From a virus, in the IMG/VR virus record IMGVR_UViG_3300007276_000043, positions 1 through 64,000 of that record: a stretch of 64,000 bases of DNA, one strand, 5' to 3'. This document shows, in pieces, positions 19,274 to 27,507 of this stretch (position 1 is its first letter; every line of letters starts with the position of its first letter). Under the pieces are notes generated by a model. The model ran no database searches, was not told the origin of the DNA, and saw only the letters and a program-made list of their open reading frames with translations. The position numbers and the translations under genes are program-made.

Positions 19274-21091
19274 CTAGGAACCAGACTCACCATTCAATCC
19301 ACGAACGATAACAAGACCGTACATGTCAGGACGAACCATCTTCTTGGCATAACGAGTCATTACGCCCTTGCGAGGTACAAAGTCCTCAACACCGAAGATA
19401 GTTGGTGTAACTTGGAGAGGTACATAAGGAGCATATACATAGCCACTTTCAAGGAAAGAGCTACCCTTACGACCAACAAGAACAACATTACGAGGGAAAT
19501 AAGGATCCACGATAACATCAAACTTGCGACTCAAAGAACCAACTTTTTGTGCTCCGATTTCGCCTTTGTCTGCATCAGCAGTAACATTGGCACGGAAACC
19601 AGCGGTGAACTCAAGTACATTAGCAACTTCTGGTGAACAAACAACAAAGTTTGCGCCGCCACGAAGTGTCTTACGGTGAATTTGAGCAGAAACATCATTG
19701 ATAGTTTCAATCAAAGTCTCGTACCATTCGCTAACAGTACCTGTGAAGTCAGGAGCAGCAGAAGTTGCACCCAATTCAAGACCAGTAGTACGGTCAACAA
19801 AAAGACCAGGAGAACGTGACCAGTAATAAGTACCAGCAGTTGCACCGTTAACGAGGTCAGCAAGGATCTCGCGGTCAATTTCCAAAGCAATTTGCTCTGA
19901 AAGGATAGAAGTCAATTCAACTTCAGCATCCAAGTTGTGATAAGCATTCAAGTCTTGACCCAATTCTGGAGTCCACTTGGCTTTCAATTTCTTGGTTTGC
20001 GCTGTAATAGCTGTACTGTCAACTTTGATGTCAATCTCAGGAATTCGGGCTTCGCCTTCCAATCCATAAGCATTAGCATCTGTGTTAACTGAACCTAAAG
20101 CAGCACCAGCATTGAGCAAGTCAATAACTGGGAATTCCAAAGCACCAGCGGCCAAGTCAGCAGAAGCAGCGGCAGCAGCGGTAGCGACAACGGAACTGAC
20201 TCCGAGAGCCTCAACTGCTACATAACGAATTGCAGAAGCTGAAAGGTTAGTATTAGCAGCAGCAACGCGAGAAGTAAGACGTCTTACAACAGTAATATCA
20301 CCATTGGCTTGAGTCTCAACAGCATTACCAAGTGCAGCATCGCCAATTACAAATGCACTCATGTTATCAAAATCAGGTGTCATTGCGCCATTAGATGATG
20401 TGTGTGCGGATTCCAAAATATCAACAATACAAATACCAGTTCCATCTGTCAAAGACAAAAGGTCTGGGTCATACTGGATAAGTTTTTTGTTTGCTTCTGT
20501 GACACTACCATTTAAGTTGAATGCTCGGTGACATTTTATAAATGAAATGTGTGTTGCAGCAGCATTTGATCCAGTTGGTGAGCCATAAGCATAACCAACA
20601 CGACCTTCACGACCAGGGCCGCCAAAATCAGCTTTGTTACCTGGTAAAAGATCAACACCAGAAATGATGTCTTTACCAACTTGATCTGTACCGTAAATTG
20701 ATTTATTTACAGCGTTACCAAGTCTAGCAGTAATAGTATCTGCTCCAAGATTCGGACTAAATGTGAAATCTAGGAAGAAAATAAGACCTGATGGTAAGCT
20801 CATTGGTTGAACTGATACCAAGTCGTTAGCAATCAATCCAGCGAAAACACGACGGACGATTGGGAAAGCGACAGCAGCGAAACCTTCAACGTCGCCAGCA
20901 GCCATAGAAGAACTTTCACGAAGAAGTTCCTTTGCTTGGTTTTCTAAAAGACGAGCCATTCCGTGCTTTTGTCTCTCAGTTTGAAGACCTTCAAGTAAAC
21001 CTGTTTGTGACCATTTGTTGAGAAGAGCTTCGCCTTCTTTGGCCATGTCACGGTTTACTATGCCTTCTGTAAGTGTATTCAAAATAGACAT
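19274..21091 (-). CDS. Major capsid protein (T4 gp23-like, 605 aa)
   Basis: LLENQAKEL, FPIVRRVF, DLVSVQPMSLPSGLIFFLDF, TKKLKAKWTPELGQDLNAYHNLDAEVEL, EIDREIL, GYVYAPYVPL, PRKGVMTRYA; SD AAGGAGGT. Confidence 0.97.
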   Translation of the reverse strand: MSILNTLTEGIVNRDMAKEGEALLNKWSQTGLLEGLQTERQKHGMARLLENQAKELLRESSSMAAGDVEGFAAVAFPIVRRVFAGLIANDLVSVQPMSLPSGLIFFLDFTFSPNLGADTITARLGNAVNKSIYGTDQVGKDIISGVDLLPGNKADFGGPGREGRVGYAYGSPTGSNAAATHISFIKCHRAFNLNGSVTEANKKLIQYDPDLLSLTDGTGICIVDILESAHTSSNGAMTPDFDNMSAFVIGDAALGNAVETQANGDITVVRRLTSRVAAANTNLSASAIRYVAVEALGVSSVVATAAAAASADLAAGALEFPVIDLLNAGAALGSVNTDANAYGLEGEARIPEIDIKVDSTAITAQTKKLKAKWTPELGQDLNAYHNLDAEVELTSILSEQIALEIDREILADLVNGATAGTYYWSRSPGLFVDRTTGLELGATSAAPDFTGTVSEWYETLIETINDVSAQIHRKTLRGGANFVVCSPEVANVLEFTAGFRANVTADADKGEIGAQKVGSLSRKFDVIVDPYFPRNVVLVGRKGSSFLESGYVYAPYVPLQVTPTIFGVEDFVPRKGVMTRYAKKMVRPDMYGLVIVRGLNGESGS

Positions 21092-21114
21092 TAGATAACC
21101 TCCTTAAAATATGT

Positions 21115-22149
21115 CTAAGAAATGCCAGCGAGTGCTTTCATTCTATCAGTGAAAGAATGATCTTTATTCTCGTTAACACTTCTTTTTGTTCTTTGCAAAA
21201 TATTGGACAAATTAGACTTTCTGTTGACTGACTCGCTAAGTGATTTTGGACCATCATTTTTGGTGGTTCCCACTGTAGCTTTAAGAGTCTCACAAAGAGC
21301 CTTTGCTTCATCTTTTGTTTTTGCGTTAGCGATGGCTTCAACAATTTTATCTTTTTGTCGCTCATTCAAGGAGGCATCGCCTAATATTCTGTTAGAATAA
21401 ATCAATTTTGCATTTGATAGCATTGATTCTTCTAACTTGTTATTAATCTGCTTTATTGCAGAATATAATTCTTTATTTTTTGTCTTGTAAGATTCGATGG
21501 ACTCTTTCATGTCTTTCAATTTCTTTTCAAGTACCTCGTTCTCTTCTTTATATTCAGTTGATTCTGTCTTGGCCAATTCCATTTCTTGCTCATAGGCCAA
21601 TTGGCCAGCATTTGTTTGAAAGGTTCCATCTTTTACTTGGCCCATATCAACAACCAACTCTTCTTCTAAAACTTCTTCTTCTGTATCTTTAGAAAGCATA
21701 TCAAGAATTTCTTGAAGTGCTAATTCTTCTTCGTCAGCAGCAGGTTGTTCTTCGCCTTCTTCTGCGTCCAATCCTAAGTCGGTCATTAATTCTTCTGTAC
21801 TTTCTTGTTCTGCTTCAACTGCCTGCGGCTCTTCTTCTGTCGCTGCTGCTTGCTTGAGATCGCCTAAGTCAAGAAACATGTCTGCGTCGAAAGTGAACTC
21901 AACACCCAAGTCAACTTCTTGATTTGGACTTTGATCTGCAACGGCGAAAGGTGCTTCAATAGCAGCAGCGGGTGCTGCTTCCATTCCCATTTCTTGTTCC
22001 GTTATCACATTATCACTTTCCAGCAGGGAATCAACCGCTGCTTTGATTTCTGGTGCATACTTCTCAATAACTGATTGTTCTGCGTTTTTGAGGGCTGCTT
22101 CGCGAAGGGCGGCGGCATCCACAATTGCTTGTTCTAACATTGAAGACAT
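21115..22149 (-). CDS. Prohead core / scaffolding protein (gp22-like)
   Basis: Acidic coiled-coil protein just upstream of MCP with many LxE sites; MSSMLEQAIVDA..LRE.A..NA, SNAKLIYSN, RMKALAGI. Confidence 0.75.
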   Translation of the reverse strand: MSSMLEQAIVDAAALREAALKNAEQSVIEKYAPEIKAAVDSLLESDNVITEQEMGMEAAPAAAIEAPFAVADQSPNQEVDLGVEFTFDADMFLDLGDLKQAAATEEEPQAVEAEQESTEELMTDLGLDAEEGEEQPAADEEELALQEILDMLSKDTEEEVLEEELVVDMGQVKDGTFQTNAGQLAYEQEMELAKTESTEYKEENEVLEKKLKDMKESIESYKTKNKELYSAIKQINNKLEESMLSNAKLIYSNRILGDASLNERQKDKIVEAIANAKTKDEAKALCETLKATVGTTKNDGPKSLSESVNRKSNLSNILQRTKRSVNENKDHSFTDRMKALAGIS

Positions 22150-22218
22150 TAAATTTAACTCCTAAGATACTATTAACAAGAGTAAATAGTGTTTTAAACG
22201 AGAAAAGTCCGATATAGA

Positions 22219-24051
22219 TTAAGTAAGACCAACTGAGCCTGATTTGACTTGTCCGATAGAATCTTTTATTCTAAAGAAAAGTTTATTGTTACCCTCATCA
22301 AGGTAAAAAGTAACAGATCCGCTATGAAGGTTATCGTTGTGAATTGGCGTTGCTGGTGCGCCGAGAACGGCGGCACCGCTTATATAAAGATTTGCATTAA
22401 AAGCAGCAGGGACAATATTAGAAGATATCATACCACCCTCCACTACAGCAAACAGATTTGCATGCGTTGGAGATCTAATTTCTAAAAGAGACTTCCCGCC
22501 ACCGGCAAATGTTGAAGATGCAGATATTTGAAATTGAGACCCACTCATAAAAGCATACATACCATCTTGTTCAGCCTTAAAAGCACCACTTACATGGAGA
22601 GCATCCACTGGGGTGGCTTTATTGATACCTATTCTTTTATTAGTCTGATCTAAAACCAAAGTGTTTGAATTAAAATTCAAGCCATTTGGAATTGTAACAG
22701 CGGTTCCATTAATTGTTGTAACATCACCCGATGCATTACCAAGTGTGCTATTTCCATTAATGGTTAAATTTGAATCAAAAATAGCACTACCAGTTGGACT
22801 TATTGTGAGATCGCCATTAGCAGCAACAGTAAATTCAGCGGCTGATCCGGTATGGTTTGATAACTTGAGTTGAGTTGCTGAGGAAGAAGAAATCTCAAGC
22901 AACGTATTTGGAGTATTCGTGCCTATACCAACATTTCCTCCATTGAAAAATGTTGAACCATTTGCATGAATTGTTGTGGTTATACTGTTGTTGGCATATC
23001 CAGCAATAACACCATCATCGGACGAATCATAAATTTGAACAACCGTGTCCGAGGATACGTCGTCTTGAATGATTAAATCGTTTTTAACAATTGTTTTTCC
23101 GCCAGAAGGCGCAAAGGTTAAGTGTCCAAAATCATCAACACTTATTGTTGCATAATCTCCAGAATTATAAGACAATTGCAACTGTGCATTAGTACTGAGA
23201 ATCTCCAAAGGAGCGGCAGGAGTAACGGTCCCAATACCAACTCTATTGTTGGAGGCACTAACAAACAAGGTGTTAGAATCAACATTCAAACTACTATTAA
23301 CAGTTAATGTAGAGGCAGCAAATGATAAATTAGCATCTGATGTGATCGTTCCTATTCCGCCGTCAAGCAAAACTCTTCCAGCGTTTCCAAGAGCACTAGC
23401 ATCTGATATTGGTGCGTTTGCCATTAAATTCGTTACAGTGCATTTTTTTGCACCAGAACCCTGATCTATTATAACTGTGTTACCACCGGCAGGGGTGACC
23501 ACGGCAAGACCAGCGACATCCAGAGCGAGACCAGAATCATCTTGTATTCCCTTGGAACTGGCTAATTGAACTTGAGATCCAAGAATAGTCGCACCGGCCC
23601 AGTTGCCATAAAAAGCAGAACCAGAAATGTTACCAGAGCCAGAGATTGAAGTTGCCTTAAAGTCTAAAACAGTTCCATTAAAAGTTAAATTTGCTTCTCC
23701 GTCAAGTTCTGTTGTTGTTGATCCAATGGTCACAAGACGGCTTTCTACTCTGTTGTTAAGTGCAGTAACAACACCTCCTCCTCCAGTCAATAATACTCCA
23801 TTCGCATAAAATGCAGAACCAGAAATATTACCTGATGCACTTACAGGACCGGCAACATTTACAATATGATCATTAGCATTTGTACCGCCAACCTGTAACA
23901 TATTTGTGAAATGCGCCCTTGACCCAGATAAGTCATTAATTGTTTTCTGACCTGATACGGTTTGATCAGAGTGAGTGTCAACAATATTTTCAATTGTGCC
24001 TTGAGTTGCACCTTCAAAATTAACACTTCCGCTTAGAAGATTATACGACAT
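22219..24051 (-). CDS. Fibre-like virion protein (610 aa)
   Basis: Repeated RVGIGT/NVGIGT/RIGIN..P...L(E/H)(I/V) fibre repeats; SGS-rich. Confidence 0.65.
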   Translation of the reverse strand: MSYNLLSGSVNFEGATQGTIENIVDTHSDQTVSGQKTINDLSGSRAHFTNMLQVGGTNANDHIVNVAGPVSASGNISGSAFYANGVLLTGGGGVVTALNNRVESRLVTIGSTTTELDGEANLTFNGTVLDFKATSISGSGNISGSAFYGNWAGATILGSQVQLASSKGIQDDSGLALDVAGLAVVTPAGGNTVIIDQGSGAKKCTVTNLMANAPISDASALGNAGRVLLDGGIGTITSDANLSFAASTLTVNSSLNVDSNTLFVSASNNRVGIGTVTPAAPLEILSTNAQLQLSYNSGDYATISVDDFGHLTFAPSGGKTIVKNDLIIQDDVSSDTVVQIYDSSDDGVIAGYANNSITTTIHANGSTFFNGGNVGIGTNTPNTLLEISSSSATQLKLSNHTGSAAEFTVAANGDLTISPTGSAIFDSNLTINGNSTLGNASGDVTTINGTAVTIPNGLNFNSNTLVLDQTNKRIGINKATPVDALHVSGAFKAEQDGMYAFMSGSQFQISASSTFAGGGKSLLEIRSPTHANLFAVVEGGMISSNIVPAAFNANLYISGAAVLGAPATPIHNDNLHSGSVTFYLDEGNNKLFFRIKDSIGQVKSGSVGLT

Positions 24052-24106
24052 AAAAGTTCTCCAAATTTTATTATAAATAGTTTATTTTTTTATAGTTCTC
24101 GGATAC

Positions 24107-24676
24107 TTATGATATTCTCAACCAATTGGACCCATCGGAGATCAAGAACATGCTTTCATTGTCCGAATCCATTGTCCTTGTTGTAGAACCGTCAATTGTT
24201 TGAGAACTATTTCCATCGACTGTGACTGTCTTGCCTTCGGCATTTCCTGATATCTTTACAACCACTTGGGCATTTGAAGAAGCAGCGGGCAAAGTAATTG
24301 TAACATCGCCTGATGCTCCAATAAGATTAACAGGAACAACTTCGTTATTAGAAGCAGTATAATTTGCTGTCTTTGGTGAAACGACGGTTAAGCTGCTTCC
24401 TCCACCACCTCCACCGCCGGAAGCATTAGCAAAAGATAGCTGCCCACTTCCGTTTGTTTGAAGAACTTGGTTGTTCTGTCCGTCTGTAACTGGAAATGTG
24501 TAAGCACCATTAAAGGTTATGGCTCCACTTGATCCAGAAATTTTAAATCTATCAGTACCATTGGTTACTAAATGTATTGCATCTTCTTCAAAATCAATAC
24601 CGGTATTCCTATTGGCATCATCAGAGCCAGAAATATCGCCCATTATCTGATAGCCGCTTGAATATTTATATGACAT
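24107..24676 (-). CDS. Fibre-array paralog with TLPAA...TIDG...SDGSNW C-terminal domain
   Basis: YTFPVTDG..NQVLQTNGSGQLSF; C-terminal domain nearly identical to that of 26147..26755. Confidence 0.65.
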   Translation of the reverse strand: MSYKYSSGYQIMGDISGSDDANRNTGIDFEEDAIHLVTNGTDRFKISGSSGAITFNGAYTFPVTDGQNNQVLQTNGSGQLSFANASGGGGGGGSSLTVVSPKTANYTASNNEVVPVNLIGASGDVTITLPAASSNAQVVVKISGNAEGKTVTVDGNSSQTIDGSTTRTMDSDNESMFLISDGSNWLRIS

Positions 24677-25419
24677 TAATCTACTCTTTTATAGCCTAGT
24701 GTTTTTCTCGCAAGATACTTGATTTGATTTGCTGTAAGTTCTTGGTCGTAGATCGCACAAGATGTTTGAACATAAGTTGGATTCAAAGTGTTGGGAAAAT
24801 TATATAAATTACCTACTGAAAAGTATCCCGAATTTTGTGCCACATCTTCTCCCGGTGCTTTTGTGGTTGTCCCAGAGGCAACTTCGTTCCCATTTAAATA
24901 CACTTTTACACCGGTGCCGTTTGAATCTCTAGTAAAAGCAACATGGTGCCAATCATGAGCCGTTGGTATGTTTGCATGTGTATCCACTCTGTGGTATGTC
25001 CCTTGTTGACTTTCGTGCACGTAGCCAATTTGATATGGCAAGACACCACCAATTCTTGTAATTTGAAGAGCATACATCGAAGCTCCTACTGCACCAGATC
25101 CATCAAAAGATACAAAATAATGTGCTTTAGATGTTGAATCTGGTTCGTCATCTGTTGTATAAAATAGACAACAAAAAGACATTGCACCGGTATACTTAAA
25201 ATCAGTATTACTATTGCGATAATAACTAAAATGAGATAAACCCTCTGCCTCACCGGGAACAAAATCCACCTCATCGATCGGCGCATCTTGTTCTGTTAGA
25301 GTTTTACTATTACCAGAAGAATCAACAAGTTCGCTTCCTTTTACAAAGTTCCAAAGCCCAGTTGGACTAAAAGTTGTATCGTGTGCGCTTATTAAAAAGT
25401 TTTCTTTCATTACTGACAT
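24676..25419 (-). CDS. LamG/concanavalin A-like lectin-fold protein, paralog A
   Basis: DSSGN, WHHVAFTRD..G..VYLNG, IYDQELTANQI are LamG-like hallmarks. Confidence 0.75.
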   Translation of the reverse strand: MSVMKENFLISAHDTTFSPTGLWNFVKGSELVDSSGNSKTLTEQDAPIDEVDFVPGEAEGLSHFSYYRNSNTDFKYTGAMSFCCLFYTTDDEPDSTSKAHYFVSFDGSGAVGASMYALQITRIGGVLPYQIGYVHESQQGTYHRVDTHANIPTAHDWHHVAFTRDSNGTGVKVYLNGNEVASGTTTKAPGEDVAQNSGYFSVGNLYNFPNTLNPTYVQTSCAIYDQELTANQIKYLARKTLGYKRVD

Positions 25420-25430
25420 TATAAATCTCC

Positions 25431-26147
25431 TTATTTAATCCTATCATATCCGAGTGTCTTTCTCGCAAGATATTTAATTTGATTCGCTGAAAGCTCTTGT
25501 TCGTAAATCGCACAAGAGGTAACAACAACTGTATTTGTTCTAGTGGTTTCGTTGCTTTCAATATCGCCAACACAATAATATGCAGTCCCTTGTGTACCGG
25601 GTCCTTGACCTAAAGTTTCGCTATGAACTTGCTGGCCATTAAAATAAATTTTAATACCAGTTCCATTTGAATCTCTAGTAAAAGCAACATGATTCCATTT
25701 ATAATGTTCTCTAACTTTTCTATCAACAACTGCTGTACTTAATGAACCGTTGTTTTGATGAGCATAGCGAAGATATCCTGTGTTGTTAATTTGCAAACTC
25801 CACCTTGCATCATTTCCCCCACCATTGCTATCACACAAGCCCAATTGAGCATGCTTGTTAGAACTATCGGGTACTGAGCCAGTTGTGAAAATCAAACAAG
25901 CATAAGACATAGCCCCCGTGTAGTTGAAATCGCCAGAATTATTACGATAATAACTAAAGTGTGAAAGACCTTCGGCTGCTCCAAATGAAAAATCAACATC
26001 GTCAACCGCCTCATCGCTTTCGGTTAGTGTTTTACTATTACCTGATGAATCAGTCAATAAGCTTCCGCTAACAAAGTTATAAAGACCAGTTGGGCTAAAA
26101 GTTGTATCGTGTGCATTTCTTAAAAAGTTTTCTTTCATTATACCCAT
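25431..26147 (-). CDS. LamG/concanavalin A-like lectin-fold protein, paralog B; start refined to MGIMKENF
   Basis: DSSGN, WNHVAFTRD..G..IYFNG, IYEQELSANQI; TAATG overlap with upstream stop at 26147. Confidence 0.75.
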   Translation of the reverse strand: MGIMKENFLRNAHDTTFSPTGLYNFVSGSLLTDSSGNSKTLTESDEAVDDVDFSFGAAEGLSHFSYYRNNSGDFNYTGAMSYACLIFTTGSVPDSSNKHAQLGLCDSNGGGNDARWSLQINNTGYLRYAHQNNGSLSTAVVDRKVREHYKWNHVAFTRDSNGTGIKIYFNGQQVHSETLGQGPGTQGTAYYCVGDIESNETTRTNTVVVTSCAIYEQELSANQIKYLARKTLGYDRIK

Positions 26148-26755
26148 TATGCTATCCTCCACCAATTAGAGCCGTCAGAGACGACATGCATTATTTCGTT
26201 ATCCGAATCCATTGTTCTTGTTGTCGAGCCGTCAATTGTTTCTGAACCGTTACCGTCAACTGTGACGACATAACCATTTGCTGCTCCAGCGATTTTTACT
26301 ATCACTTCTGCATCTGCCGAAGCCGCTGGGAGCGTAACTGTAATATCGGCACCTGCTGATACTAAATTTACCAAAACAAGATCTGAGGCAGAAGCCGTAT
26401 ATGCACTTGTCTTTTGAGCCTGCACGTTAAAGCCACTTGGGGTTCCACCGCCGCCTGTGTTAGCATCAACTGAATTTGATAGAACAGTCCAGCCGCTTCC
26501 ATTTGATTTCAAAGAAACACGACCGTTGTTCGTGCTAATAGTTAAACTTGCACTTCCACCGATGGTCTGACCACCAGTAGCATTAATTGTAATATTATTA
26601 GAACCAGCATCTCCAACTGTATCGGTGATTGTCCAAACAACACCAGAATCAGGTGCGGTTCCTAAATTGATTGTTTTTGTTGCAGTTGAGTTAGATAAAA
26701 TTCTCCAACCGCCAGTGGGGCTTATAGCATCCCCATTTGCATCTGTAATAGCCAT
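26147..26755 (-). CDS. Fibre-array paralog with two copies of the TI(D/G)G...G..W domain
   Basis: NNITINATGGQTIGG...SNGSGW followed by TLPAA...GSETIDGSTT...SDGSNW. Confidence 0.65.
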   Translation of the reverse strand: MAITDANGDAISPTGGWRILSNSTATKTINLGTAPDSGVVWTITDTVGDAGSNNITINATGGQTIGGSASLTISTNNGRVSLKSNGSGWTVLSNSVDANTGGGGTPSGFNVQAQKTSAYTASASDLVLVNLVSAGADITVTLPAASADAEVIVKIAGAANGYVVTVDGNGSETIDGSTTRTMDSDNEIMHVVSDGSNWWRIA

Positions 26756-26833
26756 ATGATTTCTCCTATGAATAATAGCTTTGATTATTTGTAAATAGTT
26801 TTATTTTTGTTCTTTTCCTTATTCTCGGAAGAT

Positions 26834-26858
26834 AAAAAAAGGGGGGCCTAAACCCCCC
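26834..26858 (-). terminator. Rho-independent terminator
   Basis: mRNA GGGGGG-UUUAGG-CCCCCC followed by U7. Confidence 0.75.
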
Positions 26859-26876
26859 AAAAACAAATAAGTTTTT

Positions 26877-27422
26877 TTATAGGACAAACCATGCTGTGCC
26901 GTTACAAACTAATGTAACACCGGCATGAGGCGATTCAAGAATAATAGAAGCAACACCGTCAATAGTTTCAGAACTATTTCCGTCAATTGTGATATTATTA
27001 TTGTGGGCATTTCCACCAACATCTTTAATCTTTAAAACTCTTCCGCTGTGGCTGGCCGCAGCAGGTAAAGTAATAGTGATTGTATTACTAGCAGAACTAG
27101 CAGCGACAAAGTAATCTGTAGCTGCAATGGTGTAAGTTGAAGAAGTAACAGAAGTTACTTTTCCAGCTTGCGCTCCATTGAAAGTTACCTTGGCATCAAA
27201 GCTAGCATTGCCTTGAAAAGCAGATGTGCTATTGCAATCTAAAGTTCCATCAATCTGTAGCATAGAGCTAAACAAAGCATCTTCTACCACAGTCAATCCA
27301 CCGCGAACGGCAGCAGTTTGACCAGGAAGTGCGAGATTAACAGAACCAGAAAGATCGACATCACCCTCTTGTGTGAGGGAGCCGCTCATTATGGATTCTC
27401 CTACTTGGTATTTATAAGCCAT
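26877..27422 (-). CDS. Fibre-array paralog (181 aa)
   Basis: N-terminal MAYKYQVG....SGSLTQEG; C-terminal TITLPAA...KIKDVGGNA..NNITI...ETIDG...LESP. Confidence 0.65.
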   Translation of the reverse strand: MAYKYQVGESIMSGSLTQEGDVDLSGSVNLALPGQTAAVRGGLTVVEDALFSSMLQIDGTLDCNSTSAFQGNASFDAKVTFNGAQAGKVTSVTSSTYTIAATDYFVAASSASNTITITLPAAASHSGRVLKIKDVGGNAHNNNITIDGNSSETIDGVASIILESPHAGVTLVCNGTAWFVL

Positions 27423-27442
27423 TTTTTATCTTTCCTCCGAAT

Positions 27443-27471
27443 AAAAAAGGGGGAGAGGAGACCCCTCCCCC
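27443..27471 (-). terminator. Rho-independent terminator
   Basis: mRNA GGGGGAG...CUCCCCC followed by U6. Confidence 0.7.
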
Positions 27472-27507
27472 AGCAAATAAGCCAATAAGGCGAACAAGAA
27501 GTTCGTC

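Noticed and set aside
24676-26147. Diversity-generating retroelement TR/VR pair suggested by the duplicated lectin genes
   Set aside because: No reverse transcriptase in the window, both copies are intact CDSs, and the differences are not adenine-specific.
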